NCBI GenBank assembly: GCA_964016885.1
Contig: OZ024743.1
Span: 246,760,001-246,824,000 of the forward strand
Length of the DNA: 64,000 nt
Source of the DNA: Eledone cirrhosa
Lineage: Eukaryota
Direction: 5' to 3'
Shown here: in pieces, positions 15,001 through 27,298 of the stretch
How positions within the stretch are numbered: the first letter of the stretch is position 1
Layout of the letters: the number at the start of each line of letters is the position of its first letter
Position numbers and translations under genes: made by a program
The notes under the pieces: model-generated
Databases searched by the model: none
What the model was told of the DNA's origin: nothing
The model's input: the letters and a program-made list of their open reading frames with translations, nothing else

Positions 15001-18000
15001 CTCTTTCAGTTGTGGTAGTTAGGCAGTCTCAGTCAGTTGTGATAGTTAGACTGGCTTTGTTAGTTGTCGTAGTTAGACTGGCTTTGTCAGTTGTCGTAGT
15101 TAGACTGGCTCTGTCAGTTGTGACAGTAGACTGTCTCTGTCAGTTGAGATAGTTAGACTGTCTCTGTCAGTAGTGATATTTAGACTGTCTGTCAGTTGTG
15201 ATATTTAGACTGTCTCTGTCAGTTGTGATAGTTAGACTGTATCTGTCAGTTGTGATAGTTAGACTGTATCTGTCAGTTGTGGTAGTTAGACTGTCTCTGT
15301 CAGTTGTGATAGACTGTCTCTGTCAGTTGTGACAGTTACACTGTTTGTCAGTTGTGATAGTTAGACTGTCTCTGTCAATTTTAGTAGTTAGACTGGCTCT
15401 GTAATTTGTGGCACTTAGACTGTTTCTGTCAGTTGTGGTAGTTAGAATGTCTGTCAGTTGTGGTAGTTAGAATGTCTGTCAGTTGTGGTAGTTAGAATGT
15501 CTGTCAGTTGTGGTAGTTAGAATATCAGTCAGTTGTGATAGACTGCCTCTGTCGATTGTGATAGTTAGACTCTGTCAATTGTGGTAGCTAGACTGTCTCA
15601 GTCAGTTGTCGTAGCTAGACTGTCTGTCAGTTGTGACAGTTAGACTGTCTATGTCAGTTGTGATAGTTAGACTCTCTCTGTCAGTTGTGGTAGTTAGACT
15701 GTCAGTCAGTTGTGATAGTTAGACTGTTTCTGTGAGTTGTGGTAGACTGTCTCTGTCAATTGTTATAGACTGTCAGTCAATTGTTATAGTTAGACTGTTT
15801 CTGTCATTTGTAGTAGTTAGATTGTCTCAGTCAGTTGGGGTAGTTACACTGTCTCTGTCAGTTGTGGTAGTTAGACTGTCAGTCAGTTGTGATAGTTAGA
15901 CTGTCTCTGAGTTGTGATAGACTGTCTCTATCAGTTGTGTTAGTTAGACTGTCTCTGTCAGTTGTGATAGACTGTGTCTGTCAGTTGTCATAGTTAGACT
16001 GTCTCTGTCAGTTGTGTGAGACGGTCTCTGTCAGTTGTGCTAGTTAGACTGTCAGACAGTTGTGATAGTTAGATTGTCTCTGTCAGTTGTAGTAGTTAGC
16101 CTGTCTCTGTCAGTTGTGGTAGTTAGACTGTCTGTCAGTTGTGATAGTTAGACTGTCCCTTTCAGTTGAGACAGTTAGTCTGTCTCTTTCAGTTGAGACA
16201 GTTAGACTGTCTCTGTCAGTTGTGATAGTTAGACTGTCTCTGTCAGGTGAGAGAATTAGACTGTCTCTGTCAGTGGTGACATTTAGATTGTCTCTGTCAG
16301 TGGTGATAGTTAGACTGTCTCTGTCAGTTGTGATAGTCAGACTGGCTCTGTCAGTTGTGGTAGTTAGACTGTCTCTGTGAGTTGTGATAGACAATCTCTG
16401 TCAGTTGTGATAGACTGTATGTGTCAGTTGTGGTAGTTAATCTCTCTGTTAGTTGTGGTAGTTAGACTGGCCTGTCAGTTGTGATGGTTAGACTCTGTGA
16501 GTTGTGATAGTTAGACTGTCTCTGTCAATTGTGATAGACTGTCAGACAGTTGTGGTAGGTAGACTGTCTGTCAGTTGTGGTAGTTAGACTGTCTCTGTCA
16601 GTTGTGATAGTTAGACAGTCTCAGTCAGTTGTGATAGTTAGACTGGCTTTGTCAGTTGTCGTAGTTAGACTGGCTCTGTCAGTTGTGACAGTAGACTGTC
16701 TCTGTCAGTTGAGATAGTTAGACTGTATCTGTCAGTTGTGATAGTTAGACTGTCTCTGTCAGTTGTGGTAGTAAGACTGTCAGTCAGTTGTGGTAGTTAG
16801 ACTGTCAGTCAGTTGTGGTAGTTAGACTGTCTGTGTCAGTTGTGATAGTTAGACTGTCTCTGTCAGTTGTGGTAGTTAGCTTGCTCTGTCAGTTGTGGTA
16901 GTTAGGCTGTCTCTGTCAGTTGTGGTAGTTAGACTCCTCTGTTGTGCTAGATTGTTTGTCAGTTGTGGTAGTTAGACTGACCTGTCGTGTTAAACTGTCT
17001 CTGTCAGTTGTGATAGTTAGACTGTCTGTGTGAGTTGTGGTAGTTAGACTGTCTCTGTCAGTTGTGATAATTAGACTGTCTCTGTGAGTTATGATAGACT
17101 GTCAGTCAGTTGTGTTAGTTAGACTGGCTCTGCCAGTTGTGATAGTCAGATTGTTTCTGTCAGTTGTGGTAATTAGACTCTTTGTCAGTTTTGGTAGTTA
17201 GTCTGGCTCTGTCAGTTGTGATAGTTAGAATGTATCTGTAATTTGTGATAGACTAGTTGTGAAAGTTAGACTAGCTCTGTCAATTGTGATAATTCGACAA
17301 ACTCTGTCAGATGTGACAGTTAGACTGCCTTTGTTGGTTGTGCTAGTTAGACTGGCCCTGTCAGTTGTTATAGTTACACAAGCTCTGTCAGTTGTGATTG
17401 TTAGACTAGGTCTATCAGTACTTATAGTTAGACTGTCCCCAAAAGGTTGTGATAGACTGGTTGTGTATGTTTTAATGGTGGGAGTAGCTTTGTCAGTAAT
17501 GGTAGTTTGACAGCCAATGTTGCATAACTAACCTTGTCATTTGTGACAATTAGACCATTATGACAATTAGACTGGCTCTGTCAGTTGTGATAATTAGACT
17601 GTTGTATCAGTTGTGATAGCTTGACGGGCTCCCAAAGTTGATAGTATGACATGCTGTCAGCCATGATAGTTAGGCTGGCTACATCAGTTATAATAGTTAG
17701 ACTGGCTTTGTAAATTGTGAGAATTAGACACACTGTCAGTGGTGACAGTTAGACACACTCTGTCAGTTGTAATAGTTAGACGATCTCTGTCAGTTGTGAT
17801 AGTTAGACTAGCTATGTCAGTTGTGGTAGTTAGACAGGTTCTATCAGTTGTGATAGTTAGACTGTCTCTGTCAGTTGTGATAGTTAGCCTGTCTTTGTCA
17901 GTTGTGGTAGTTAGACTGTCAGTCAGTTATGATAGACTGTCCGTGTCAGTTGTGATAGTTAGACTGTCTTTGTCAGTTGTGAGTTAGACTGTCTGTCAGT

Positions 18001-20455
18001 TGTGGTAGTTAGACAGTCTCTGTCCATTGTGATAGTTAGACTGTCTCTGTCAGTCGTGGTAGTGAGACAAGCTTTGTCAGTTGTAACAGACTGTCAGTCA
18101 GTTGTTAGTTAGACCGTTTCTGTCAGTTGTGGTAGACTGTCTCTGTCAGTTGTGATAGTTAGACTGGCTTTGTCAGTTGTGGTAGTTCGACTGGCTCTGT
18201 CAGTTGTGGTAGTTAGACTGTCTCTGTCAGTTGTGATAGTTAGACTGTCTCTGTCAGTTGTGGTAGTTAGACTGTCAGTCAGTTGTGTAGTTAGACTGTC
18301 TCTGTCAGTTGTGGTAGTTAGACTGCTCTGTCATGTTAGACAGTCTCTCTCAGTTGTGGTAGTAAGACTGTCTCTGTCAGTTGCGGTAGTTAGACTGTCA
18401 GTCAATTGTGGTAGTTAGACGAGCTTTGTCAGTTGTGGTAGTTCGACTGGCTCTGTCAGTTGTGGTAGTTAGACTGTCTCTGTCAGTTGTGATAGTTAGA
18501 CTGTCTCTGTCAGTTGTGGTAGTTAGACTGTCAGTCAGTTGTGTAGTTAGACTGTCTCTGCCAGTTGTGGTAGTTAGACTGTCAGTCAGTTGTGGTAGTT
18601 AGACTGGCTCTATCAGTTGTAATAGTTAGACTGTCTCTGTCAGATGTGGTAGTTAAAACGTCTTTGGCAGTTGTGGTAATTAGACTGTCTCTCAGTTGTG
18701 GTAGTTAGACTGTCAGTCATTTGTGGTAGTTAGACTGTCTCTGTCAGTTGTGGTAGTTAGACTGTCGCTGTCAGTTGTGATAGTTAGACGGTCTCTGTCA
18801 GTTGTGGTAGTTACACTGCTGTCGTGTTAGACCGTCTCTGTAACTTGTGGCAGTTAGACTGACTCTGTCAGTTGTAGTAGTTAGACTGTCTCTGTCAGTT
18901 GTGATAGTTAGACTGTCTCTGTCAATTGTAGTAGTTAGACTGTCTCTGTCAGTTGTGATAGTTAGACTGTCTCTGTCAGTTGTGATAGACTGTCTCTGTC
19001 AGCTGTGGTAGTTAAACTGTCTTTGGCAGTTGTGGTAGTTAAACTGTCTTTGGCAGTTGTGGTAATTAGACTGTCTGTCAGTTGTGGTAGTTAGTCTGGC
19101 TCTGTCAGTTGTGATAGTTAGACTGTATCTGTCATTTGTGATAGACTAGTTGTGAAAGTTAGACTAGCTCTGTCAATTGTGATAATTCGACAAACTCTGT
19201 CAGATGTGACAGTTAGACTGCCTTTGTTGGTTGTGCTAGTTAGACTGGCCCTGTCAGTTGTTATAGTTAGACAAGCTCTGTCAGTTGTGATTGTTAGACT
19301 AGGTCTATCAGTACTAATAGTTAGACTGTCCCCAAGAGTTGTGATAGACTGGTTGCATACATTTTAATGGTGGGAGTAGCTTTGTCAGTAATGGTAGTTT
19401 GACAGCCAATGTTGCATAACTAACCTTGTCATTTGTGACAATTAGACTGGCTCTGTCAGTTGTGATAATTAGACTGTTGTATCAGTTGTGATAGTTAGAC
19501 TGGTTCTGTTAATTGGAATAGGTGAACAGCTGTCAGTTGTGATAGCTTGACGGGCTCCCAAAGTTGATAGTATGACATGCTGTCAGCCATGATAGTTAGG
19601 CTGGCTACATCAGTTATAATAGTTAGACTGGCTTTGTAAATTGTGATAGTTAGACACACTCTGTCAGTTGTGACAGTTAGACACACTCTGTCAGTTGTCA
19701 TAGTTAGACTAGCTCCATCAGTTGTGATAGTTAGACTAGCTATGTCAGTTGTGGTAGTTAGACAGGTTATATCAGTTGTCAGAGATTGGCTCTTTAGTTT
19801 ATACAATTAGACTGGCTCTGTCCGCTATGATAGACAATTTCTACCAGCTGTAATAGTTAGACTGGACCTGTCATTTGGGCTAGTTTGACAGGCCGAGTCA
19901 GTGTGAAAGTTAGCCAGGCTCTGTAAGTGGTGAAAGTTAGACTATCTGTCAGTTGTGATAGTTGGACATTCTCTATCAGTGTTGATAGTTAAACGATCTC
20001 TGTCAGTTAGGAAATTTAGACTAGCTCATGGTGTTGATAGTAAGACAGATGCTGTCATCTATTACAGTTAGACTAGCACTGTTAGTTGTGGTTGTTAGAT
20101 TCTGTCAGTGTTGACAGAGTATTTTTGTCAGTTATGAAAGTTAGACTGTCCATCGGTTGTGATAGTGAGATGGCTCTGTCAGTTATAATAGACAGACTAT
20201 GTGAGTTATGATAGTTAGACATGCTCTGTCAGCAGTGATAGTTTGACTGGCTAGCCAGTTGCAATAATTAGACTGGGTTCTGTCAGTTGTGATAGTTAGA
20301 AATACTCAGTCGGTTGAGGTATTTAGACTGGTTCTATCAGTTGTGATAGATTGGTGCTGTCAGTTGCGATAATTAGCTTTGTTTTGTCAGATGTGGCAGT
20401 TAGACTGCCTCTGTCACTTGTGATAGTTAAGACTGACTCTGTTAGTTGTGATAGT
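1..20455. repeat. 27-bp satellite array (consensus GTCAGTTGTG(A/G)TAGTTAGACTGTCTCT, with 25- and 23-bp variants) with ~5.0-5.4 kb higher-order repeats; runs off the left edge of the window
   Basis: Directly visible head-to-tail monomers; identical long blocks recur (ORF-track duplicates at 3025/8394, 5637/11056/16110, 6761/12180/17259); monomers degenerate from ~19790 to 20455. Confidence 0.98.
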
Positions 20456-20529
20456 TTCAATATGGAAGAGATATAACTGAATCTATAGGAAAACTTCCAC
20501 ACACCCTGTATATATATATATATATGTTC

Positions 20530-20635
20530 TGTGGGAGCAAGACACGGTCACCTGACCCAACTTCCCTCAAACAGGACAACCTGTCTAACCCATGCTAGCG
20601 TGGAACATGGATGTTAAACTATGATGATGACGATA
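20530..20635 (+). mobile_element. 3' end of an RTE-related SINE/LINE tail with (ATG)n end
   Basis: AACCCATGCTAGCGTGGAACATGGATGTTAAACTATGATGATG matches the tails at 37790-37838 and, in reverse, 58828-58880. Confidence 0.65.
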
Positions 20636-20649
20636 TATATATATATATA

Positions 20650-23215
20650 TGGTTGGACAAGATAATCACAGTAAATAGAATAAATGACAGGATCATTTCA
20701 CATAGGGTCATAACAATGGTATCAATCATGTCTATCTATGCACCCCAATCTGGTCTGCCAGAAAAACAAAAAGACCTGTTCTACGAGTCCCTAATAAGTG
20801 CAACATCCCAAACCAGTAACACTGATTTCACCATTATTGCAGACTACTTCAACAGACATGTGGGGAGACTAAGTGACGGATTCCATGCGGTCCATGGAGG
20901 TTTCAGGTTTGGCACAAGAAATAAGGAAGGACTGAGGCTCCTGGAATTCTGCAACACCAACGAAATGACTATCTACAATACAGACTTGTATTGCGTCCTT
21001 GTGGCAAATAAAGAAATCTATCTACAATACAAACTTTAAGAAACCAGCAAATCAACTGATCACCTGTAGCTCACGGTTGTGCACCAGCCAAATTGACTAG
21101 ATCCTCATCAGAAGACAGAGCAAAGGTAGTAAACACAAAAAGCATCCAAGATGAAGAAGGCACCTCCCAACACGTCCTGGTCGTCAGCATTTTTAGAGTC
21201 AGAAAACAATCTAGAGGAGAAGGATATGGAAGCTGAAGGGGCCCCCAGCTCGTAACAAATGCAGGAGATTCCGACTTGATGCCTTTGATAGCAAAGAAGA
21301 AATAAAGATATACGATATAGAGGAGCAGTGGAGGTTCCTGAGAGATAACCTACTAAAAGCGACAAATGCAATTTGTGGTTGGAGCAAGATCCTTGGGAGG
21401 AGCAGTAGAACCACTTGGTGGTGGAATAACAAGGTGGATGTGACAATTAAAGTCAAAAGACAGGCATGGAAAAAATGAGGTAGCAGGCACTCCTCCAGGA
21501 GGGAGGGTAGACGGCAAGTATACCTGGCAAGGAGTGAAGCAGAAAATGAAAAGTTTAAGCATGTGTTAGAACGTGAGGACCCAAAATGAGAGTTGTTCAG
21601 GATTGAAAGGTAATGTGTCAATGAAAGCTGAGATCTTCTCAGGAAGAAATGCATTCATAACAATGACTCACTTTCCCTCACCGACACTGAAAAGAAAGCT
21701 GCTTGGAAATGCCACTATGAGAGGCTGATGAACGAGGAAAACGCTTGGGAGGTAAACAGCTTTCCCCAAGCGAATCCAACAGAAGGTCCAGCTGTACATG
21801 TAAGAAGCAGCCCAGTAAGTAAGGCAATTAAGAACATGAAGATGAGTAAAGCAGCCGGACAATCGGCTGTTGTTGCTGGGATGTTCAAAGCATCTGGGAT
21901 GGTAGGGCACTTTCTAACCACCCTTATTGTTAAAGTAATACAGAATGGTTTCATTTCCCGTGATTGGAAGAGCAGCATTATCATCAACTGCTACAAGGAT
22001 AAAGAAGATGCCCTAGAGAGAAGTAACTACAGAGGCATAAAGCAGACTGACCAGGTCATGAAAGTTACAGAAAGAGTCATCGCACAACTGATTAGAGATC
22101 ATATACACCTAGATGAGATGCAGTTTTGATTTGTGCCAGGAAAAGCACCTTGTGAGGCAAATGCGAGGTAAGTACTTGGCTAAAAGCAAGCCGCTTTACC
22201 TAGCATTCGTGGACCTAGAGGAAGCTTTTGACAGAGTCCCTTGACCCATAATATGGTGGGCCCCCCCTCCCCTTCATTATTGGTCTACAGGCTGTAACAA
22301 AGGAATTTAAGATTGGCTGCAGTTGGGAATTCCTATATGCTGACAATTTGACTCTCTTAGCTGATTCTATGACAGAATTGGAGAAGAAATTTCAGACATG
22401 GAGGGACAACTTGGAAATAAAAGGCCTCAAAGTCAACCTCGCTAAGACCAAAATCCTTGTGTGCAGAAAAGGAAACAAGGCTCTGATACCCTCCGGGAAA
22501 TAGCCCTGCTCGGTATGCAGGAAAGGAGTAGGCAGAAACTCAATCCAGTGTCCCAAATGCAAACAGTGGGTACACAAGAGATATAGTGGGAAAACAGGCA
22601 AGATGACTTCATATGTGGACCCAGCACAGGGGTAGTAAGCAAAGACCATCAGGTAGCATGTTCCTTCAATTGCACACAAGACCCCATAGAAAAAGTTGAT
22701 AGCTTCAGCTATCGGGGTGACCAAATCAGCTGAGGAGGTGGTTGCGCAGAAAGCACAGTTGCCAGAATAAGAACGGGATGGAAAAACTTCAGGGAGCTAC
22801 TGTCACTGCTAACTAGAAAAGGTCTCTCACTCATGATAGAAGACAAGCTTTACAATGTCTGTGTGCGCTCAGCAATGCTACATAGGCTCCGCATGCCAAG
22901 AACATACAAAGATTGCAAAGAAAGGAAGCAAAGAACAGCAAAGTGTAAATGTATTGAGAGCGAAACTGGGCATTATAGGGATCAAATGCTGTGTGCAAGA
23001 GAGAAGACTGCAGTGGTATGGTCATGTGATGCGCATGAAGGATGATAGCTATTCAAAAAGGTGCAGGGCTTCAGAGGTTGCAGGATGCCCCAAAAGAGGA
23101 AGACCAGGAAAGATGTGGGATGAAATGATAAATTTGGACCTGACTCAATTGAATCTCCCAATGAGAATGACACAGGACCGAGTCCTCTGGATTTACAACG
23201 TATTACAAAAGACCC
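20650..23215 (+). mobile_element. Decayed, 5'-truncated RTE-clade LINE ORF (APE endonuclease, RT, PHD-like Zn finger, C-terminus) with frameshifts and stops
   Basis: ORF pieces SIYAPQSG...ADYFNRHVG...FGTRNKEGLRLLEFC (APE), DWKSSIIINCYKDKEDALERSNYRGIK (RT N-region), CSVCRKGVGRNSIQC (Zn finger), RLQWYGHVMRM...RGRPGKMWDE (RTE C-terminus). Confidence 0.9.
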
Positions 23216-23239
23216 ATGTCGACAACTCAACCCCAGACT

Positions 23240-23733
23240 CCGAATTAAGCCGTACAGTGTTTAGCAACCATCGTTGCCCTTTTGTTCAACACTGACAAAG
23301 GAACAATGTACTAGTTTCAAGCTATCGTCAGCACCGTATACCTTCCTGCCAGATGATTGAACGTCTGAAAGTATATACTTTCCTTATGCATATTAACGGC
23401 TGAGCAGCCTAATTTGCATATCGAGTGAGTTAATCGTATACATACTTATATTTAAGTAACAGCCGTACTAAGAGTGAGAAATGAAATCCGTTTCATTTTT
23501 TCCGTTTATCATTTTCGGTGCGCCCGGCCGATTAACTCACTCGATATGCAAATTAGGCTGCTCAGCCGTTAATATGCATAAGGAAAGTATATACTTTCAG
23601 ACGTTCAATCATCTGGCAGGAAGGTATACGGTGCTGACGATAACTAATAAGCTTGAAACTAGTATATCGTTCCTTTGTCAGAGTTGAACAAAAGGGCAAC
23701 GATGGTTGTTAAAGACTGTACTGCTTAATTCGG
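23240..23733. repeat. Long inverted repeat (fold-back/MITE-like); arms 23240-23436 and 23529-23733, 92-bp spacer
   Basis: Arms are reverse complements over ~200 bp, with a few mismatches in the outer part and one small indel. Confidence 0.93.
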
Positions 23734-23914
23734 GATGTTTGTTTACAAACACACCGAGCATTATAATAAATGTTCGGTAAATCCATACGTACATATATAT
23801 ATGTGTGCATGTATGTATATATATACATACTACTGTACGTCTGTATACATATATGTATGTATGTATACATACTTATATATATATATATATATATACACAT
23901 ACATATATATACAT

Positions 23915-24248
23915 CAGGTGAAGGTATTGCTATGTAGTTAAGGAGTTTGCTTCATAGCAATGTGATTTCGGGTTCAGTCCCAATGCATGGCACTTAGACA
24001 AGTGTCTTCTATTATAGCTTTAACATCATCAGTGTCTTGTGAAATTTGGTAGATGGAATCCTGACACATGGAAAAATGGACATTGAGAGATGATGATATA
24101 TGTGTTTGTATGTTTAGCATATTGACAAACAGATTGATAAAATACACACCAGACTTAAAAATAAATAATGGGGTGCAATATGGTTGACTAAAACCTCTAA
24201 AGTGGTGCCCCAACATGATGCCAGTCAAATAAATAAACTAGTAAAAGA
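23915..24248 (+). mobile_element. Degenerate tRNA-derived SINE
   Basis: B-box-like GGTTCAGTCCC, core GGCAC..AGACAAGTGTCTTCTATTATAGC, and a 3' GGTGCCCCAACATG...CTAGTAAAAGA shared with 30395-30712. Confidence 0.6.
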
Positions 24249-24489
24249 ACATAATGCCTGTGAAGGTAAGACATGTTTGTTGGTTCAAATCTTTCTAAAA
24301 AAATGAAAACAGATGAACTGGTTTGTTGCCATATTTTGAATGAAACACACTGTATTTCATTTAATGAATAAAGGATTTTAGGGAATTCCATAAAATTATT
24401 ATTTCATTAAAATGGTATTCTAACATAATGAAAGGTTTTATATAAAATTATGTTGGAGAATTTTAATTTATAACAGAACCCCTTAAAAT

Positions 24490-24955
24490 TCACTTTATAC
24501 TTAGAGGCCATATTGTATACCTTTCACTTGGAGAGAAAAGTCCTTTGTTGCCAACAGATTTAACTGTTCACTGAACTTTTTCACTCTGGCTATTATACTT
24601 TCATGACAACCACATCCACCACTGATTTGGTTATCTCGGTAATAGAAGCTATCAACCACTTTTAGAATTCTGTTTGAACAGTTGAAAGACTTTATTTTTT
24701 AGGTGCTGTAACTGCTCTACTTTTGTGCAGTTGCTACATATGAAATTTTCCATCAGCCTGCCTGCAATCCCATTGCATCTCTTGTACACCCATAATTTGT
24801 ACTGGTTACACTGTATAGAATTTCTACCTACTCCTATTTTGCATATCGAACATGATCACTTCCCAGGTGGTTGTAGGGATCTGATATCTGTCTACTAATA
24901 AACCTTTGGGCTTAATAGGCCTTTAAGTTTTTGATTCTTGCCATGTACATCCTGA
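24490..24955 (-). mobile_element. RTE LINE fragment (RT C-terminal part with Zn finger)
   Basis: Reverse strand reads SCSICKIGVGRNSIQCNQYKLWVYKRCNGIAGRL, homologous to 22500-22600. Confidence 0.8.
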
Positions 24956-25592
24956 TTTTTACAATAGAGACACCATACACCATGTCTCTGCATGTCATAA
25001 AAGGTGCCTAAAAGGGTTGGGACATTCAGCTAAAATACTGTCTCAAAATCATGTTGTTGCTAAGAAACTTTTTAACTACACATACATGCCTGTGGCTATG
25101 TAGATATAAAATTGATTTTAAAGACATGTGGAGTATTGATGGAATTTCATATGCATCCAAACTTCAATGTTGATGTTTTAAGTGCAAAACTTATATACAT
25201 ACACACACTGTCATCTGAGGCAAATGATTCATCATCATCGTTTAACGTCTATCTTCCACGTTAGCATGGGTTTGTGTGTGTGATAGAGAGAGAGAGAGAG
25301 AGGAATAGATTGAAACAGAAAAAAGGAGAGCAAGAAGCATGTAGAATCAGATGTTACCTCTTCTCCAACAATATGTTACTTCACTCTCCAAATCCCACTC
25401 CTTTAGAATGTTTATTCTTTCTACATGTCTTCTTACAAAGACTCCCTATTTTCCTATTTGGGATTCTGGATTAAAAAAATGTTTACTCTTGAAATATTCA
25501 GGGATCGATTTTGATCTCTGTGCCATATTTTGTGACAATTCTTCGAGAAATTGCAAGGTAGTTTCAAAGCAAACAGACATACCACTGCTTTT

Positions 25593-25631
<39 letters not shown>

Positions 25632-26235
25632 TTACATTGTTGCATAAACAAGATTCCAGTAGCTCAGCAATTGGACATGCAAAGATACCATACCTTACTT
25701 AATACTTTTGTTACCATATTTTAAATGAAAGGAATTGCTTATGGGACTCAAATAAATATGGAAATAATAAAGAACTTGGAAGGATTTAGCAATATAAATA
25801 TTATGAAATTGATGTTTGACACATAACAAATATTCTTACATGAAATTAGGATTAAAGGTTTTTAGATAAATATAAACACTATATAATAAACAGCTTTGTA
25901 TCACAGAACCTAAAGGGTTGGTATCTGGATAAGCATTCAGCTGTAGAAGTCCCCCTAACAAAATCTTATGCCAGCATGAAAAAATAGATGTAAGAATGAT
26001 GATTGTAACAAGTTATGAAGAAATAAAAATGTGATCTTTGTATGAAAATTAATATTTTCTTATTAGTCTACACCTATCAAAACAAATTGCTATCCATTCC
26101 CTTTCAGAAACTGTGAGTGTGAATCTTTAGGTATCAAACATAGCTGTTTTGGTGAAAACAAAGCTGCTGCACTCTAATTATAAAAGTTACTCACACAGAG
26201 ACCCTGCTGCACTGTAAAGAGCATCAAGGTCTTAC

Positions 26236-26389
26236 CTAGTTCCCTAGATGGCACTGAGAATTTCTGTTATTTGTTACAAATGAAATAAAATTTGCAGCTA
26301 ACAAATATGCAGATTTAGCTGGCCTCATATGATGTTGCATCTCAAAAGGTTTATCAGGTGTTTTAATACTTAAGGGATCCAATCTTATC
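26236..26389 (-). other. Candidate exon 4 of an unidentified spliced minus-strand transcript (154 nt)
   Basis: TTTTCAG acceptor at 26390 and GTAAG donor at 26235; only one frame is open (IRLDPLSIK...QCHLGN*), ending in TAG at the exon end. Confidence 0.55.
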
Positions 26390-27103
26390 CTGAAAAGCAA
26401 CATGCAATGAAGCGTTTTTCTAGTTCATCATCATCGTTCAATGTCCGTTTTCCCTGCCAGCAAGAATTGGATGGGTCATCACAAACTAAATCAGTACTCA
26501 AGCAGAGCCGCTGATCTTTCAGATGGGCTGAGGGCCTGCATCTTGCTTACAGACGTTCTCGTACTCTAATGAGTGCATTTTATTGTCATTAGCACTTGGG
26601 AGGATGTTGTGTCTTTGACACAACTGAAGAGTCCTCTCAACACTTTACTTGAAAGCTTTTTTTATGATGGGATGCCCTTCCTATTACCAACCACTTTATA
26701 GAGTGCACTAAATTCTGTTACTAACAACTATTTATTCTTTTTCATCATGGCGATTATGCCTTTTGATTCTATATCATTCTTCTAGGTTTTGAACTTTCAT
26801 TGCAGTTCTGTAATACATTCTGCAATGATAACTAGATCACCAGTATATAAATGCTTCCAACAACAGCCATATCGTTACAAGTCCTAAGTCACCTTCCTCA
26901 ATAATTTACTTTCAAATTCAACAGTCCACATAATACAAAATTAACTAAAACGTACACTGTACAGTGGAAGGTCCTTTACACCCATTTTGCAAACTGACAT
27001 GGGTTAGACAAGTCATCTGAATCAGTTCTTATTACTACCCTTCTTGAAAAGTCGGAAGATATTTTTGGTATGGTTATTATGGTTTGATACCCATTTAAAT
27101 GCC

Positions 27104-27298
27104 AACCAATTTACAGACTATACTCAGTGTATTTTATTGTGTTACCAACACTATCACTTTATAGAATGTAATGGGTGCACTTTATCAAGGCACCAGCAAT
27201 ACCATTTTACAGTGTACTGTATGTATTTTATCATGGCACCAGCACTACTACTTTACATGGTGTACCGAATGCATTTTATTGTTGCACCAGCACTAGAG
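27104..27298 (+). repeat. ~48-bp degenerate tandem repeat (4 units) inside a SINE remnant
   Basis: Units of ACTTTACAG..TGTAC...TGCATTTTAT...GCACCAGCACTA. Confidence 0.7.

Noticed and set aside
379-19806. Dozens of Val/Leu/Ser/Arg-rich (VVIVRLSLS)n and Thr/Asp-rich (TTDRDSLTI)n ORFs
   Set aside because: They are translations of a 27-bp (9-codon) satellite, constantly broken by 25- and 23-bp monomers, so there is no frame conservation.
1-20455. CRISPR array or telomeric repeat interpretation
   Set aside because: There are no unique spacers or cas genes and the context is eukaryotic; TTAGAC is not a TTAGGG/TTAGG tandem.
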